Of a stretch of 64,000 bases of DNA, positions 24,482 through 37,249 are shown piece by piece. The notes under the pieces are model-generated. The model worked only from the letters and a program-made list of their open reading frames with translations. It was not told where the DNA came from and did not search any database. Source of the stretch: Octopus bimaculoides (lineage: Eukaryota); NCBI RefSeq assembly GCF_001194135.2, contig NC_068988.1:51346297-51410296 (forward strand), in the 5' to 3' direction. Made by a program: the position numbers and the translations under genes. Within the stretch, counting starts at the first letter, position 1. The number at the start of each line of letters is the position of its first letter.

Positions 24482-26841
24482 TGTGTGTGTGTGTGTGTGT
24501 GTGTTAAACTGAATTCTTTATTTCCTCAAATCTAGTAAGTTTATGAAAATTTATTAATGGTGTTTCAAGATAATCTGATGCAAATGCTATGTTTTAGTTA
24601 CTTCTTCATCTTCCCATTTGCATCTCGTTTTGCTGACTGCCGATATATTGACAATTAAAATTTTTCACATCATTTCTGCCCGCCCATCAACCAGGCTAAC
24701 TCTGTCATTAGTTCCACTAAATGACAAAAACAGAGAAGTGAAAATAAAATTAAAAAAATATAAATAAAGTATGAAGCTTAATTGGAAGAAAATATCTTTT
24801 TCAGATTTCATAAAACTATCTTGAGTTGCGAATTTGTATTCTCGCAGTAGGAGTTGTGTTATGTCTGGGAGGCATGGTGCTTGAATTTAATTTAAACCCA
24901 GGCCTTTGGTATATCAAGCAGCTTTCCATAACACTCTGAACTGACTTTGTAAACCACAAACCAGAGAAGGAAAACACTATCTCTCAATCTGCAAGAAATA
25001 AAGCAACTTTTCCTCAAATAACACAATGCCATCTTTAAAAGAATAAGACAGAATTCAGATACATGATGATGCAGTGTATAGTTTACGTAAAAAATTCTTT
25101 ATGAAAATTGCTTCTTAATCGGGGAAACAAAACAAACACCTTGCACAAGTGGTAACAATTCTCAAAAAGGGGAAGATAATTTAGAATTTATTTCATAGGT
25201 AATGATTTCCTTGTTTGTGAGAAATATGGTCCTGGTTTTGTTGAGGGGAACAGTGGAAATTATGAATCTGCTTTCGGTCATGTTTGACTTTACTATTGAA
25301 GTATAGTCATCTCGAACTTGTCGGTCTAGTAGACAAAGATTTTTATAAATACGAAAAGTGTTATGGGCAGATTTGGTATTAACAATTTGCATAATTGCGA
25401 AAAGAAGTGAACTAAGAGAAATATCTAAAGCAGACCATTGACAAGAATCAAGATGATTCAGGTAGTTGGTAATGTATTAGAAGACGTATGAAAAAAAATT
25501 CTTAATAAAGTGAAAATATTCTCTTGACGGCAAATAAAAAAAACCCAAAAAATCTACCGGCAGATGTTAGCGACTTCTCAGATAAGGGAAGACAATTTGA
25601 TGGAATTAGGAAGGTATTTCATAGAAAATCATTTTCAAGATTAGGAGTAATCTGATCTTTGCTGGCAAGTGTGGTGACAGCAAGACCTCGTCATGTTTGA
25701 CCTCGTCAAAGAAGTATAGTAATATCTCGAATACAATAACTCTGAAGAAAAAACAAAAGATGAAATGGTCACGACTGGAAAATCGTTGACCATAATCTGT
25801 TGTATAAGAGCTTATCTGAGACTAAATAACAGCAACAACATCAATGACAGTAAATGGCTGCCTTGGAATAAATTTAAATCACCAATCTTTGCCAGTCGAT
25901 CTCAGTTCTTGTTAGGTTCGCCTCATTTCACTACAACGGCGAATGTCATTGAAAAATATAAGTGATGCCGTTTCACGTTCTGTCACCTATAGACACAATT
26001 AAGAAATTGTTCCTGTTGCAGGATAGCGAGTCGCGATAACTGTTAAGACGTTGTCGTGGACATCCTCCTTCTCACTATTATCAATACCACCACCACCACC
26101 ACCACCACCACCACAACGATTTTTTTTCATGATTGTTTGAGTTAAACAGGTTTTACAGAGAAAATCCCTCAATCTCTATAACTAGTTTTTATGAACAAGT
26201 GCCTTTCCTATCAACGATAATAGATGCATTTTATCTGTTGACTCTTGAGAACTTGTACTGATTTCATTCAGAATTACCCCCTTACAAGTCAGGTTGCCAG
26301 TACTGAAGCGTACGGAACCCACATCTTGCCCGTTTGTTTAATCTTTCACATGGTTTTAACATCTCCTTTATAGCATAAATCTATCTTATCTGAGGTACTC
26401 GAGAGGTTGTTCATAAAAAGATGTAATTTCTAATTTGGAGTTGCTGTCCTCCTAACCACATTACAGAGACCAGGTTTCTTCCGTTCGTTCCTAACTTTGC
26501 TACAATGTAATCGTTTTCGTGGCAATATCTTTCAACAGATGAGTACGTATACAACCCTCCACCGAAATACTGAAGTCATTGAATATGTAATGTGTGTGTG
26601 TGTATGTGTGGAGCATGTGAACCTAACCCACGTGCGTTTTTCCTGGCACTCTTCCCAGTCTCTCTTGGACTTACCTCTAGTACTCGACAAAACACTATTT
26701 CCGAAACGTTATACTTCTCTCTGTAACTTTTTCCCTCTTGTGTGTTACCCTAATAGTATTAACTGTGAACGTCCCTTCAACTTTGGTTGCTTTGTGTCAT
26801 TCGTTTTGGTTTTATTTCATATACACATCTCTCTCTTTCTG

Positions 26842-26884
<43 letters not shown>

Positions 26885-27759
26885 ATGGTACAACACTTCT
26901 GATGAAGGTACAAGACTTCAAGGCTCAACACCTTTCATACACCCCTTGTCAGCTTTAAAACCAGATCCATTTCTGTATATATTGTCGAGATTGTCCAAAA
27001 CTTTCCATTAAGCGATATATTTGAATTATCTCTCTTGCCTTGTGTGTAAATTTTAAACAACCCTAGAGGAAGTTTTTACCTAATTAATTGTTTCAGTAAT
27101 ATCAGTTAAGCGAAGTTTTTCAACTCACTGTATTGCATATGTGAGGCCCTACAATATTCATATGAAGATTCACCCCTGAAGTAGTGTTCTTTAGTCTATT
27201 GTTGAGTTTCCTTTAGAGTGTTGTAGGTAACTCAGCTGAATGGAATGTAATCTTCTGGATATTGCTTGTGAAATATTGTTATAGTTTTCATTTTTAGGTG
27301 CTTAATTACATTGCGAATTTCTTCGTGAATTTCGATTTTAAAACTAGAGCCTCAAAGACTAACAATGCTATCTGGAATATCATGCCAAATCCCCACAAAA
27401 TTTATCATTTCAAAAGCTTTGTAAAATTTTTTTTTTTTTTTGAATGAGTGAGAGTCCGTTGCTCTAACATGCTGCCCTACCATTTGATCCATGGATACAT
27501 TCGGGTCAGATTCCCGGTGATCCCGTTCAGTTCTCCTGAGCATCATTCCCATCGATCTCTCTCAGTAGGAACCTGCAACTGCTGGGAGTACTACCCACTG
27601 CTTCTCTTATATAAATAAATGTACGTGCGTGCGTGTGTAAAACCGTTTTATTAAAAAAAAATTTAAAGCTGAGTTCACAAGCCAGTTTTGAACCCTGGAC
27701 AAGAACCGATAATTTAGTCAAGGCGCACATTATTAGAAAGATGCTCAACCTCAACCAGG

Positions 27760-27930
27760 GCTTCATCAGTCTTGAAGGAGGCACTCCTTCTTGAACTTCT
27801 TCCGCCGCTGTCTGTCTCTGATCAGGTGTTGCCATGTAGGCCCCAGGCAGTGGGTCACATCACGCCTTTGATCGGCCTCTTCACCTTGTCCATTGTTTTG
27901 GTGTCCATTCCGTCACCCAATCGTGCAAAG
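27760..27930 (-). mobile_element. 3' end remnant of an RTE-clade LINE ORF
   Basis: Minus-strand translation DWVTEWTPKQWTR*RGRSKA...TWQHLIRDRQ resembles the RTE C-terminal W-x-P-x3-R-x-RGRP motif. Confidence 0.65.
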
Positions 27931-28618
27931 ATTCTAATCTTCCAAACAAACGAGGGAAATGAAAATAAACACTTTCTTATATCTTGTAAACTGTATTAAA
28001 CTATTTATTCCTACACCTGGCCAATTTTGCTCCTTAAGAGTAATAAAATTCAGCTTGCCCGTCGCACCAGAAAGCCTAGGCCGGCCTTTTTTCGGATGTA
28101 GCTTATTTTACTTCATTTATTTAACTAATGTTCTCCAATTTACTTTCATAAGTTTGAGGTGTCGAGCAAAGTGTTAGTTTTCAGTGGTAATTTTAATAGA
28201 GATACAGGAATATCAAAATCAGTACTTCCTTAAATAAACAAGATGCTATGGCGTTTATGCCTTTCTGCAGCACATTATCAAGATTAGTGAAGTGAAATCG
28301 AAACAACGTTATTGTCTCGGCTGTCCGGGAGAACAACTCTTTATTACGGCTTTTGCCTCTGTGATTCTTTTGACAATGCGGTAAGGGCTGCATAGAAATA
28401 GTTGTTAGTTCAATCCAATTTTACCTAATGTGTCCTCTTCTCTTTAAGATGATAGAAAGTGATTTGCTATTATTTCTAACAAGCTGAGCAATGTGAGTGG
28501 TGTTTGAACATTTTGAGGTACAGAATCACATAAATCGACTAATGGTTAATCAGCAATGAGAATACCTCCTTGCATTATTTACATTTGTCGGGTATTTGTC
28601 CTCATCTTGTTTGTTGTT

Positions 28619-28664
28619 AACACAATTTTTCGACTGATATACCCTCCAGCCTTCATCAGGTGTC
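28619..28664 (-). ncRNA. Minimal type I hammerhead ribozyme motif, left arm (stem III mutated)
   Basis: Minus strand reads GACAC-CTGATGA-A-GGCTG-gagggtatat-CAGTC-GAAAA-ATT-GTGTT. Stems I and II are intact; GAAACGTT has changed to GAAAAATT. Confidence 0.55.
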
Positions 28665-28950
28665 TTGGGGAAATTTCGAACCTAGGTTCTCATTCCTAAG
28701 GTATTTTTCAATGTTATTATTAATATTATTATTATTATTCAGGTCACTGCCTGGAATGGAACTCGGATTCTTGGGATTAGTAGCCCGCGCTCTTAACCAC
28801 TACGCCATATGCCCTTGGGCGTTGTGGTTAAGAGCGCGGGCTACTAACCCCAAAACTCCGAGTTCGATTCCAGGCAGTGACCTGAATAATAATGATAATA
28901 ATACCGAAAAATACCTTAGGAATGAGAACCCAGGTTCAAAATTTCCCCAA

Positions 28951-28996
28951 GACACCTGATGAAGGCTGGAGGGTGTATCAATCGAAACGTTGTTTT
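28951..28996 (+). ncRNA. Minimal type I hammerhead ribozyme motif, right arm (stems I and II partly mutated)
   Basis: GACAC-CTGATGA-A-GGCTG-(10 nt)-CAATC-GAAAC-GTT-GTTTT. The CUGAUGA and GAAA cores are intact and the loopless stem III is the palindrome AACGTT. Confidence 0.6.
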
Positions 28997-31900
28997 AACA
29001 ACAAACAAGATGAGGACAAATATCCGTCAAATGTAAATAATGTACATAATTCCTCATCCTTTAAATATAGTACTGTAATACCTCCTTAATAATTTTACAT
29101 ACCTTACTTCGTAGATAAAGGTCGAAAATTCGGCCTCAAACTGATGATTGTATTATATCGCCCCAAAGTCTCGTTTAGATTAAATTCCCCAACAAGTCAC
29201 TGTTGAAATGTCTAATTTCCTGTTAGGTTTTCTTACTGCCTACTGATGCAAGCATTTTTGTCTTTTAGGGAATATGCCATATGGGTAAAGGAAAATTATG
29301 ACTATAGAATTAAAAAGAAAACGTATTTGCATATAGTTTACTTATTATTATTTTTCGTGGAATGCCTAGCAACCCCTTGTAGAACCCTAGTATTCGGAGG
29401 AACATCATTTGGAAACACTGGCGCTAAGAAGGTCCTTCATTATCTCGAAATACTGATGTTGCTGTAGTTTAGGTAGTCCAACGGTAATCAACTTTAGAAG
29501 TATCTAGGATGGCATTATCTTATGTGGCCTTTCTATTTTTACAAGACAGTAGGGTTTCATTTGAGGCAAATACGAGCTGCTATTTCTAACTGGTCGATTG
29601 ATCGCATAGAGGCTCCTTCGTTGTCTTGTCAGACCCACATTTTTATTCTGTAGTAGGTATAACTTTTATCCTCTCTATGCTATCAAATCTGAAGTTAAGA
29701 ATTGACAAAATACCTAGAGTTTAAACATCGATATATCTGTATAGTACCAGACATGCATCACAATCTCTTCTATCAAACTGAAACTAGGGGTTGAGGGTCG
29801 CGTACCTACGTAATATATATTTTCCTAACACTTTTCAGAAAAGAACACTGATAATCGTCTGAGTACCTATAAAAATGTAGATATGAAGGTGAGAATAATA
29901 AGTCAAATTTATATGTTTAGATGACAATGAAACAAAATAAGATATCAACAAAATTGAATTCGGAAAGTTAATTTTCCATTGTAAATTCGGATAACTTTAT
30001 TTTCTCACTTTTACAAACGGTGGTTGATTGGCAAAACCATGAGACAACATTTAAGTTAAAGTTTTTACGTTCCCAGTTCAAATACCGCCACGGTCAACTT
30101 NNNNNNNNNNNNNNNNNNNNNNNNNNNNNNNNNNNNNNNNNNNNNNNNNNNNNNNNNNNNNNNNNNNNNNNNNNNNNNNNNNNNNNNNNNNNNNNNNNNN
30201 NNNNNNNNNNNNNNNNNTGGAAGAAATCTAAAAAGTCCGCTCATGTTGCTTATGAACATCACATAAACAAATGAGGAAGATGTTGTCAGAAATATATTTT
30301 TATTCATAGCACTGAAAACATTTATGCCACTAACACAATAATTAATTCATATATTTTATTTTACTAGCGGATTTAAAAAAGAAGTTTCAAAATTTTTTAA
30401 ACAAAAACAAAATAAAAATATTGAATCTGTGAATGCTTACAACGAATGCGAAATTGTTATAACCCTTTGAACACGGTAAATTTGGAGTTTAGTAAATATT
30501 TGAATTTCAAATTGACAAAAAAACAAAACAAAAAAAAAACAAAAAGAGAAATTAGGAAACTTTACATCTCTAACTTTATTGATTCCTTTATACTCTTTTT
30601 TTAGTCTGGGGCTCGCAAGTTCGATTTTCACTTGAAATTATTCAATAGTATTTTTGTTGGTGAATAATAAATGAAAGAAAATAAAATCAAGAGGTAAAAA
30701 TACGTCAGAAAAAAATTTAGTAAACGTAAGTGTTAGCACAAAAATATATTCTTCATAAAAGTAACGTGGGGGACAAGAAAGATTATAAGACAGAAAAGTT
30801 AAAAAAAGAGAGAAAAAAAAGAAAAAGCAAATCTGGCGCGATGTTAAGTTAAAGGGAAGCTATCCCAGGATGCTTCGATTGGCGATTTCAAGACGAGGCT
30901 GAAAGAAGACTGAATGTAAGACTAACTAAACTGTAAGTGTTTTGAAATTCTATCTCATGCTTTGCTGTCCCATCTCAGTCCACATTTTTAACAACTTCAA
31001 TGAAAAACTTTTATTTAATTCTCCCTAGACAGTCAATAGCATTATTTTCTGGTTTCTATTTGCGGAAATGCGCCAAAACCGCACAGTCAGTCGGTGTGTG
31101 TCCACTCTGTGTTCGACTTTCTTTCTCTCTCTCTTTTTGTCAGCAAGCAATGATAAAGAATATCCCCCACCAGTTCAATATTTCTCCCTCCCTCTTTTCA
31201 ATTCCTCCACTTATCTATTACATACGTAAAGCTTCTCTTGTTAAATATATACGCACATATACATACCTACACACATGCACAACCAGATGAATATGTCTGA
31301 TGTTACACAGTTTCGCCTACAACACATATATCTACGCACCGTTGTTGTTGCATCGACACCGGTAAAAGCTAATCCACAACAGGCACGGACCACCAACAAA
31401 ACAATACACAACTGTTTGTTTACAAACAACTTATCGTCACTTCAATCCGACTGCATCAGGCATTTGGCTTTATCGATGACTATTTTACTCAACTGTTAAC
31501 ATTAAACCATTCCTTTTTGGCGTTTGTTGCTGGCCTCTTGGTATTTAAACATCAGGGACACAGTATAAAATATCATTTCAAATATGCTTACATGTTCTTC
31601 CGAGATCTGTGATTCATTTCAAACCCTAATTATTTTTCTCTAGTGGAATATTGACTTCTGATAATTTACTGTTAATGACGAGAAAGCGAGGACATTTCTG
31701 GGTACCTATGACGTTATAAATACATCGTCCTCCAGTCTACCCTTCGTTTTTCAATGAACTCCCTCTGATGAGGTTTAATTTTTACTCTGAGACTACCGTA
31801 GAAAAACGTCCAAACTTCTTTACATTTCCACTAACTTATATACATATGTGTCTATATATCTATGTATATAATTGTTTGGGAAGGAGAGATCCAGTGTGTA

Positions 31901-33539
31901 TGTGTAAATGTATTATATACACAGCAAAATTAAAAAGAAATGTCACGTGTGATGTAAAGTTTTGTTTATCTGAGATACAAGCCAAATCATGTGACTCATA
32001 ACTGGTATTTAATTTATCGGTAGCCTTTGGCAGACTAGGGTTGATATACATCAACTCCCTAGCTCTATCTGAACCCATCAAATAGAAAGACATTCAGTTT
32101 AGAAAACGTGAAGTATGAAAGGTTACTCTATCATGATTCGTATCCCCAGTGACTGGTTCGTAATCAATCGCTAATACTTTACTGTTAGCTTGTTATAATA
32201 TTGAGTCGATTTCGCCCCACTAAAGGTCATCTGCAGACTTGCCGCCTATCCAGACTGAGATTCCTCTCATTTGCTTACTACAGGAGAAACGGTTTCATAA
32301 GCAGTAACCAAGACGGTCGACGATACCGATGAAAACACGGTGTTTCCTTATGTATATAGAAACAGTACAATCAATTTACTATTTTCACAGTGTTTCATTA
32401 AAAACAAAATACTGATCAAGAATAAATTCAATCCAAATAGAAATAACAGCTAAATTCTCCCAAAATCACACCCTGCCATACGTATGTTAGTGAATGACAA
32501 AAAGAAAAACAGGTGTTATGCAATCACTTTCATTAGCTTACAGCTAATGTAAGCGCAACGCCTTTGATCGTTGATCTGCCTTGGAGTTTAAACAACAATA
32601 AAACCTGCTGATATTTCCCCCTCCCATCGTGCACCCCGCTCTTAATTTTTTTTTTTTTTTTTTACCTTTACTAAAGTGTTTCTGCCACTGAAATATATCA
32701 TAAAGTTACGGCTTTTCATACCACCTTTCTTGAAGGCGTGTGTCACATAATAGCGATAGGAAAAAAAAAAAATTAGAATTTGTCACATCCATACCTTTGC
32801 CTAGGGCACGTAAAAATAACTTAGGCACAGTGAAGGCGTAAATAAGTTAGGAGGTTTTGGGCCTTCCAGAGATCGCTACATTGTCGTAAATCAAAGTAAA
32901 ATAGAGTGATTCCAGCTGTGTATGGATACCGGTTCTCTGATGTTGGTGCCTGTGGAAATGCTTTCAATTCGTGCATGTAAAGTTGAGTAGGAAAGCTTCA
33001 GAACAACTTTTTTTTCTCAGTGTTGTTTAAAATCCATCAGTTTTCTTACCAACACACTTAGGAATAGGTTTGCTGAGATCTTGTCCTGTCTTGTAAAATT
33101 GTAGCTGTTCGTTTGTTCTTCCATGTGCTAAGCTGTTTGTTAACTGCTGTGGTCCTCTCACGAAATGTCTCTGTCGCTTCTAACTCCCTAACTGAACAAC
33201 TCTTCAATCTATACAGGCCACTTTAACTTCCCACTCCTCCCATTTTATCACCTCCGCCCGTTCCTCTTCCTCTCTATTCCGTCTTTCATCACTCCCTCCT
33301 TCACCATGTCTCTATCTTTCAAGTCTCCCCACTCTCTAATATATCTATAGATCTTTGAAATTTATTGATGCATAATATCTACAGAGTAAGGTAATACACA
33401 TACATACACACACACACACACCTAGCAAGCGCTGCACTTATGTATATCATAGGAAGCCGGACCTCCACACGCATATGCGCACACACATGTCAGAACCAAA
33501 CCAACACGCACACCCTGAGAGAATCTCCCTCCCCTCTCT

Positions 33540-33720
33540 TCTCCGTCACAGAATTAGCTATCGGCAGGAGCAGCAGTGCTCGACGTAACTTCTCCTTCGC
33601 TGGCGATAAGTCAGCCGGTGTCAGTCTATTTCTAGTTTCCTCTGTATAAAGGCTCCTCGTGCATTCTGTGTGTCTCTCTCACATACACATACCACCCAAT
33701 AACAGTTGATCCGTCAAAGC
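33540..33720 (+). promoter_or_regulatory. Candidate core promoter region of RNF220
   Basis: Non-repetitive, relatively CpG/GC-rich patch ~600 bp upstream of the ATG. It has a TCAGTC initiator-like motif (33621), TATAAA (33645-33650), GATAAG (33605) and a preceding pyrimidine tract. TSS not determined. Confidence 0.3.
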
Positions 33721-34265
33721 CCGCAGCACTGTCTATATACATTCTCTATCCAGTCTTCCCTTTTTTCCTAACATTCTTCATTGGAAAAAAAAAAAAGAAA
33801 GAAAAGGAAAAACGATAAACATTCAAAACTTAAAAGAAACTATTTTGATATAGTTAATTGTTTAAAGCGATTTATAAACATGCCTGGATGTTTTGGAAAT
33901 ATTTCTTACCTAAATATACTTCATATTTTGTTGTAGCTACGTTTAAGTTTTTTTTAATCCTAAATAGTTTTATAGGATTTTTACATATTTTCTAAATAAT
34001 TATTCTGTTAAGATTTCAACGTATTCTTTTATAATTATTTTTTTATTGCTATTTTGTTTATCTATGTATATAATACATATGTATCGGTTTCAATCCAGTC
34101 CTCAGAGTAAATGTATAATATTAACAGATATTGGAGTGGATATTTTTTAGAAAATGGGTTATAAAAGTTTTAGAGCTTAAATTTGGAAATTGAAGATCAA
34201 CTAAAGCACAACTTTAAAATATTTTTTTTTTCTTTTTCCCGATATTTTAAAAAAAAATATTGACC

Positions 34266-34968
34266 ATGAGTAACGTGTCGAATTTTGCCATGTTTAGGTT
34301 GAACTTGTGGACGAAACCATTTCTTGGAGTGGCACCCCAAGGAACATCCGGAGGCCGGGGTATGGATAGTTCGTCTTTTGTTCCAAACCCGTTGACCTCT
34401 CCGGCGTTGATGGTTTTAGCATCAACTTCTGATAGTGGTCATGATACCAACCGTCTCTCCAGCTCTCATCATTTCTCAGGACAAAATGTTGACAAGGATC
34501 CTACGCCTGGTGCCTCTTTCAGCACCTCATCATTCATGTACCGTCCAGGGGAGCCTTTCGCTCCACCACTGTACGCTCCTCTACCGCCCTATGTCCAGTC
34601 CAATCACTTGGATCGTGGAGTGAGTATTATCAACAGTGGTGGCGGGAGTGCTTTCCGACCTGTAGCCAGTTCCTCGGACTGTGGAGTAGATGAGTATCAG
34701 TCGGCATTTTTACCAACCAAGAAGAGCAAACAAGAAGAAAATTCGGCTTTAACAACTCTGTACAACCACTGTAACAACGCCAGTGAAAGGTTGGTGGAAC
34801 AGGCCTCTTTTGGTCACTCGAGGGAGGAGAAAAGTAGTCACACCACTGTCAAAGAAGAGAGACCATCTAGTTTATGTTCTGGCTCATGTGATACAAACTC
34901 TGAGAGTCACTCAGAGTCGGGAGATCATACGGAACGTGCCACACCTGATGAAGGCAGAAACTTAAGAA
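34266..34968 (+). CDS. RNF220: First large coding exon of an RNF220 (RING finger E3 ubiquitin ligase) orthologue; gene continues beyond the window
   Basis: The translation has collinear blocks matching vertebrate RNF220 N-terminus as I recall it. MDSSSFVPNPLTSPALMVLASTS matches MENSSYLPNPLASPALMVLASTA; VDKD is shared; SGGGSAFRPVAS matches SGVGAFRPFAS; YQSAFLPTKKSK matches YQSAFTPAKRLK; ERATPDEGRNLR matches REASSSPEDRNDR. In-frame ATGs lie at 34266 (accATGa), 34290 and 34362 (ggtATGg). The exon ends at AA|GTAAGT, phase 1. Confidence 0.9.
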
Positions 34969-34974
34969 GTAAGT
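34969..34974 (+). other. 5' splice donor GTAAGT ending the RNF220 exon
   Basis: Perfect GTAAGT consensus where RNF220 similarity ends; the frame stops 4 codons later if read through. Confidence 0.85.
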
Positions 34975-36054
34975 ACAACTTTTAATTGCCACATTCAAAT
35001 ACGACCTTCCTCATTTCAACATGTCATTCTTCAACAGTCCTTTGCATTGTCACTAATATTTCATTCAATCACTTTGCAGGTGTATATGTTGTGTCAGTGT
35101 CGTTTGCTTCTGTACTCATACAATACTTTCCCTCTAAATCCATATTGGAAACATTTCGAACTTTTAGTTTAGTTGAAAGTTTCAGATTTTCAACTTCATG
35201 ACCACCATGCCTTATATTTAAATGGGTGTGTGCATTTGCATGTTTTAAATTACGTATTACTACAACAGATACAGTACTACTGCATTGTTTATTTCTTGAT
35301 GTTTTCTATTAAAACAACAACAACAACAAAAAAAACCCAGTTATAGCTTTTTAGACAATGTTGATATTTAGTTAATATAGCTATGTTTTTATACGTCTGA
35401 AATGACAAAATATCGTTTCACATACTCACACATATAACTATACATCTGTGTGGGTGATGTTTTTATATACATAATCCTTATGTCTGCAGATATAATATAA
35501 CAATAATAAATGTCTGTGCATGTGTGTGTATATGTTTGTACATGGTGACAGACTAGCGGAATCATAAGAGCATCGATGAAAATACTTAGGGTATTCAAAC
35601 TCATTACATTCAGAGTTCAAATCTTACTGGGGTCAACTTTGTCTTCTTATTAGATTGATAAAATAAAGTAGCAGTTGAATAGTAGTCAATGCATAGAAAC
35701 TAGCTTCATGTCCAGTTGTACATTTGCCTTTTATGATAGGTATTATCTCTTCATGAATCTATGGATGTAATATACAGACATTGTCAGTTGTATTAAGAAA
35801 AAAGTAAACACAAACGTTGAAAAACACAAACTATGCTGTTTATATTGTGGCTCCTTTGCTACACTTTCCAAGGGTCCTTCACTGTCAAGACACCCTACTG
35901 TTAACATGAGTTAGTTTTGATTATGTAATTGAAAAACAAACCCATCTGTAAAGAGGTCTTGTACACAAACACATGTATACATATGTGCATGTGTGTGTGT
36001 GTGTGTGCACACATAGATGTAAATTGTAGGATTTATGGTCATGGATTTATACAA

Positions 36055-36150
36055 GCACAGGCATGGCTGTGTAGTAAGAAGTACAAATGTCTTCTACAAA
36101 AGCCATGGACCGACCAAAGCCTTGTGAATGGATGCAGTTGACAGAACTGA
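36055..36150 (+). mobile_element. SINE family A head with internal deletion
   Basis: gcaggcatggctgtgtagtaagaag joined to ...gaccgaccaaagccttgtga. Confidence 0.6.
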
Positions 36151-36164
36151 ATGAAGTGTGTATG

Positions 36165-36202
<38 letters not shown>

Positions 36203-36375
36203 TAGATATATAGATAGATATATATATAGATAGATAGATATAGATAGATAGATATAGATAGATAGATAGATAGATAGATATAGATAGATAGATATAGATA
36301 TATATATATATATATATAGATAGATAGATATAGATATATATATATATATATATAGATATATAGATAGATAGATAT

Positions 36376-36408
<33 letters not shown>

Positions 36409-36829
36409 TATATAGATAGATAGATATAGATATATATATATATATATATATATAGATATATAGATAGATAGATATACATATAGATATATATAGATATAGA
36501 TAGATAGATAGATATAGATATATAGCCTGGTGTAGCCACCTGGTTTCACTAGTCCTCAGTCAAATCGTCCAACCCATGCTAGCATGGAAAGCGGACGATG
36601 ATGATGATGATAGATATATATATATAGATATAGATAGATAGATATATATATATAGATAGATATATATATATATAGATAGATATATATATAGATATATATA
36701 TATATAGATATGTATATATAGATATGTATAGATATATATATATATATATATAGATATGTATAGATATATAGATATATATATATATAGATATGTATAGATA
36801 TATATAGATATATATATATATATGTGTAT

Positions 36830-36890
<61 letters not shown>

Positions 36891-37077
36891 TAGATATATA
36901 TATATATACAGAGATATATAGATGTATAGATATATATATATAGATATATGTATAGATATATATATATATACAGATATATGTATAGATATATATATATACA
37001 GATATATGTATAGATATATATATATACAGATATATATAGATGTATATATATATATATATATATATATAGATGTATAG

Positions 37078-37110
<33 letters not shown>

Positions 37111-37249
37111 TATCTATATATATATAGATATATATGTATATGGATATATATGTATTTAGATAGATATATATATATTTATATATATATATAGATATATAGA
37201 TATTTATATATATATATTTATATATATATATATATATAGATATATATAT
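36165..37249. repeat. Long compound (TA)n/(GATA)n satellite interrupted by a family D fragment
   Basis: Direct. Confidence 0.95.
36524..36611 (+). mobile_element. Family D short 3' fragment between AT-rich microsatellites
   Basis: 74 bp identical to 40953-41026. Confidence 0.75.

Larger units (their letters stand above)
28572..29076. mobile_element. Fold-back non-autonomous element: two divergent tRNA-like heads, each followed by (AAT)n and a minimal hammerhead motif (Penelope-like); 11-bp TSD
   Basis: Arms 28571-28806 and 28818-29044 are reverse complements (~92% by manual count). AATACCTCCTT is duplicated at 28561-28571 and 29077-29087. Each arm has an A box (GGCGTAGTGG or GGCGTTGTGG) and a B box (GAGTTCGATTCC at 28860-28871). 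Confidence 0.85.

Noticed and set aside
28740-28884. Possible genuine tRNA genes
   Set aside because: No acceptor stem, and each head runs into repeat body; these are tRNA-derived heads only.
34941-34955. ACACCTGATGAAGGC in the RNF220 exon is identical to 15 nt of the hammerhead element (28952-28966)
   Set aside because: There is no stem II or cleavage triplet after it, and it encodes T-P-D-E-G within a region that aligns to RNF220; treated as coincidence.
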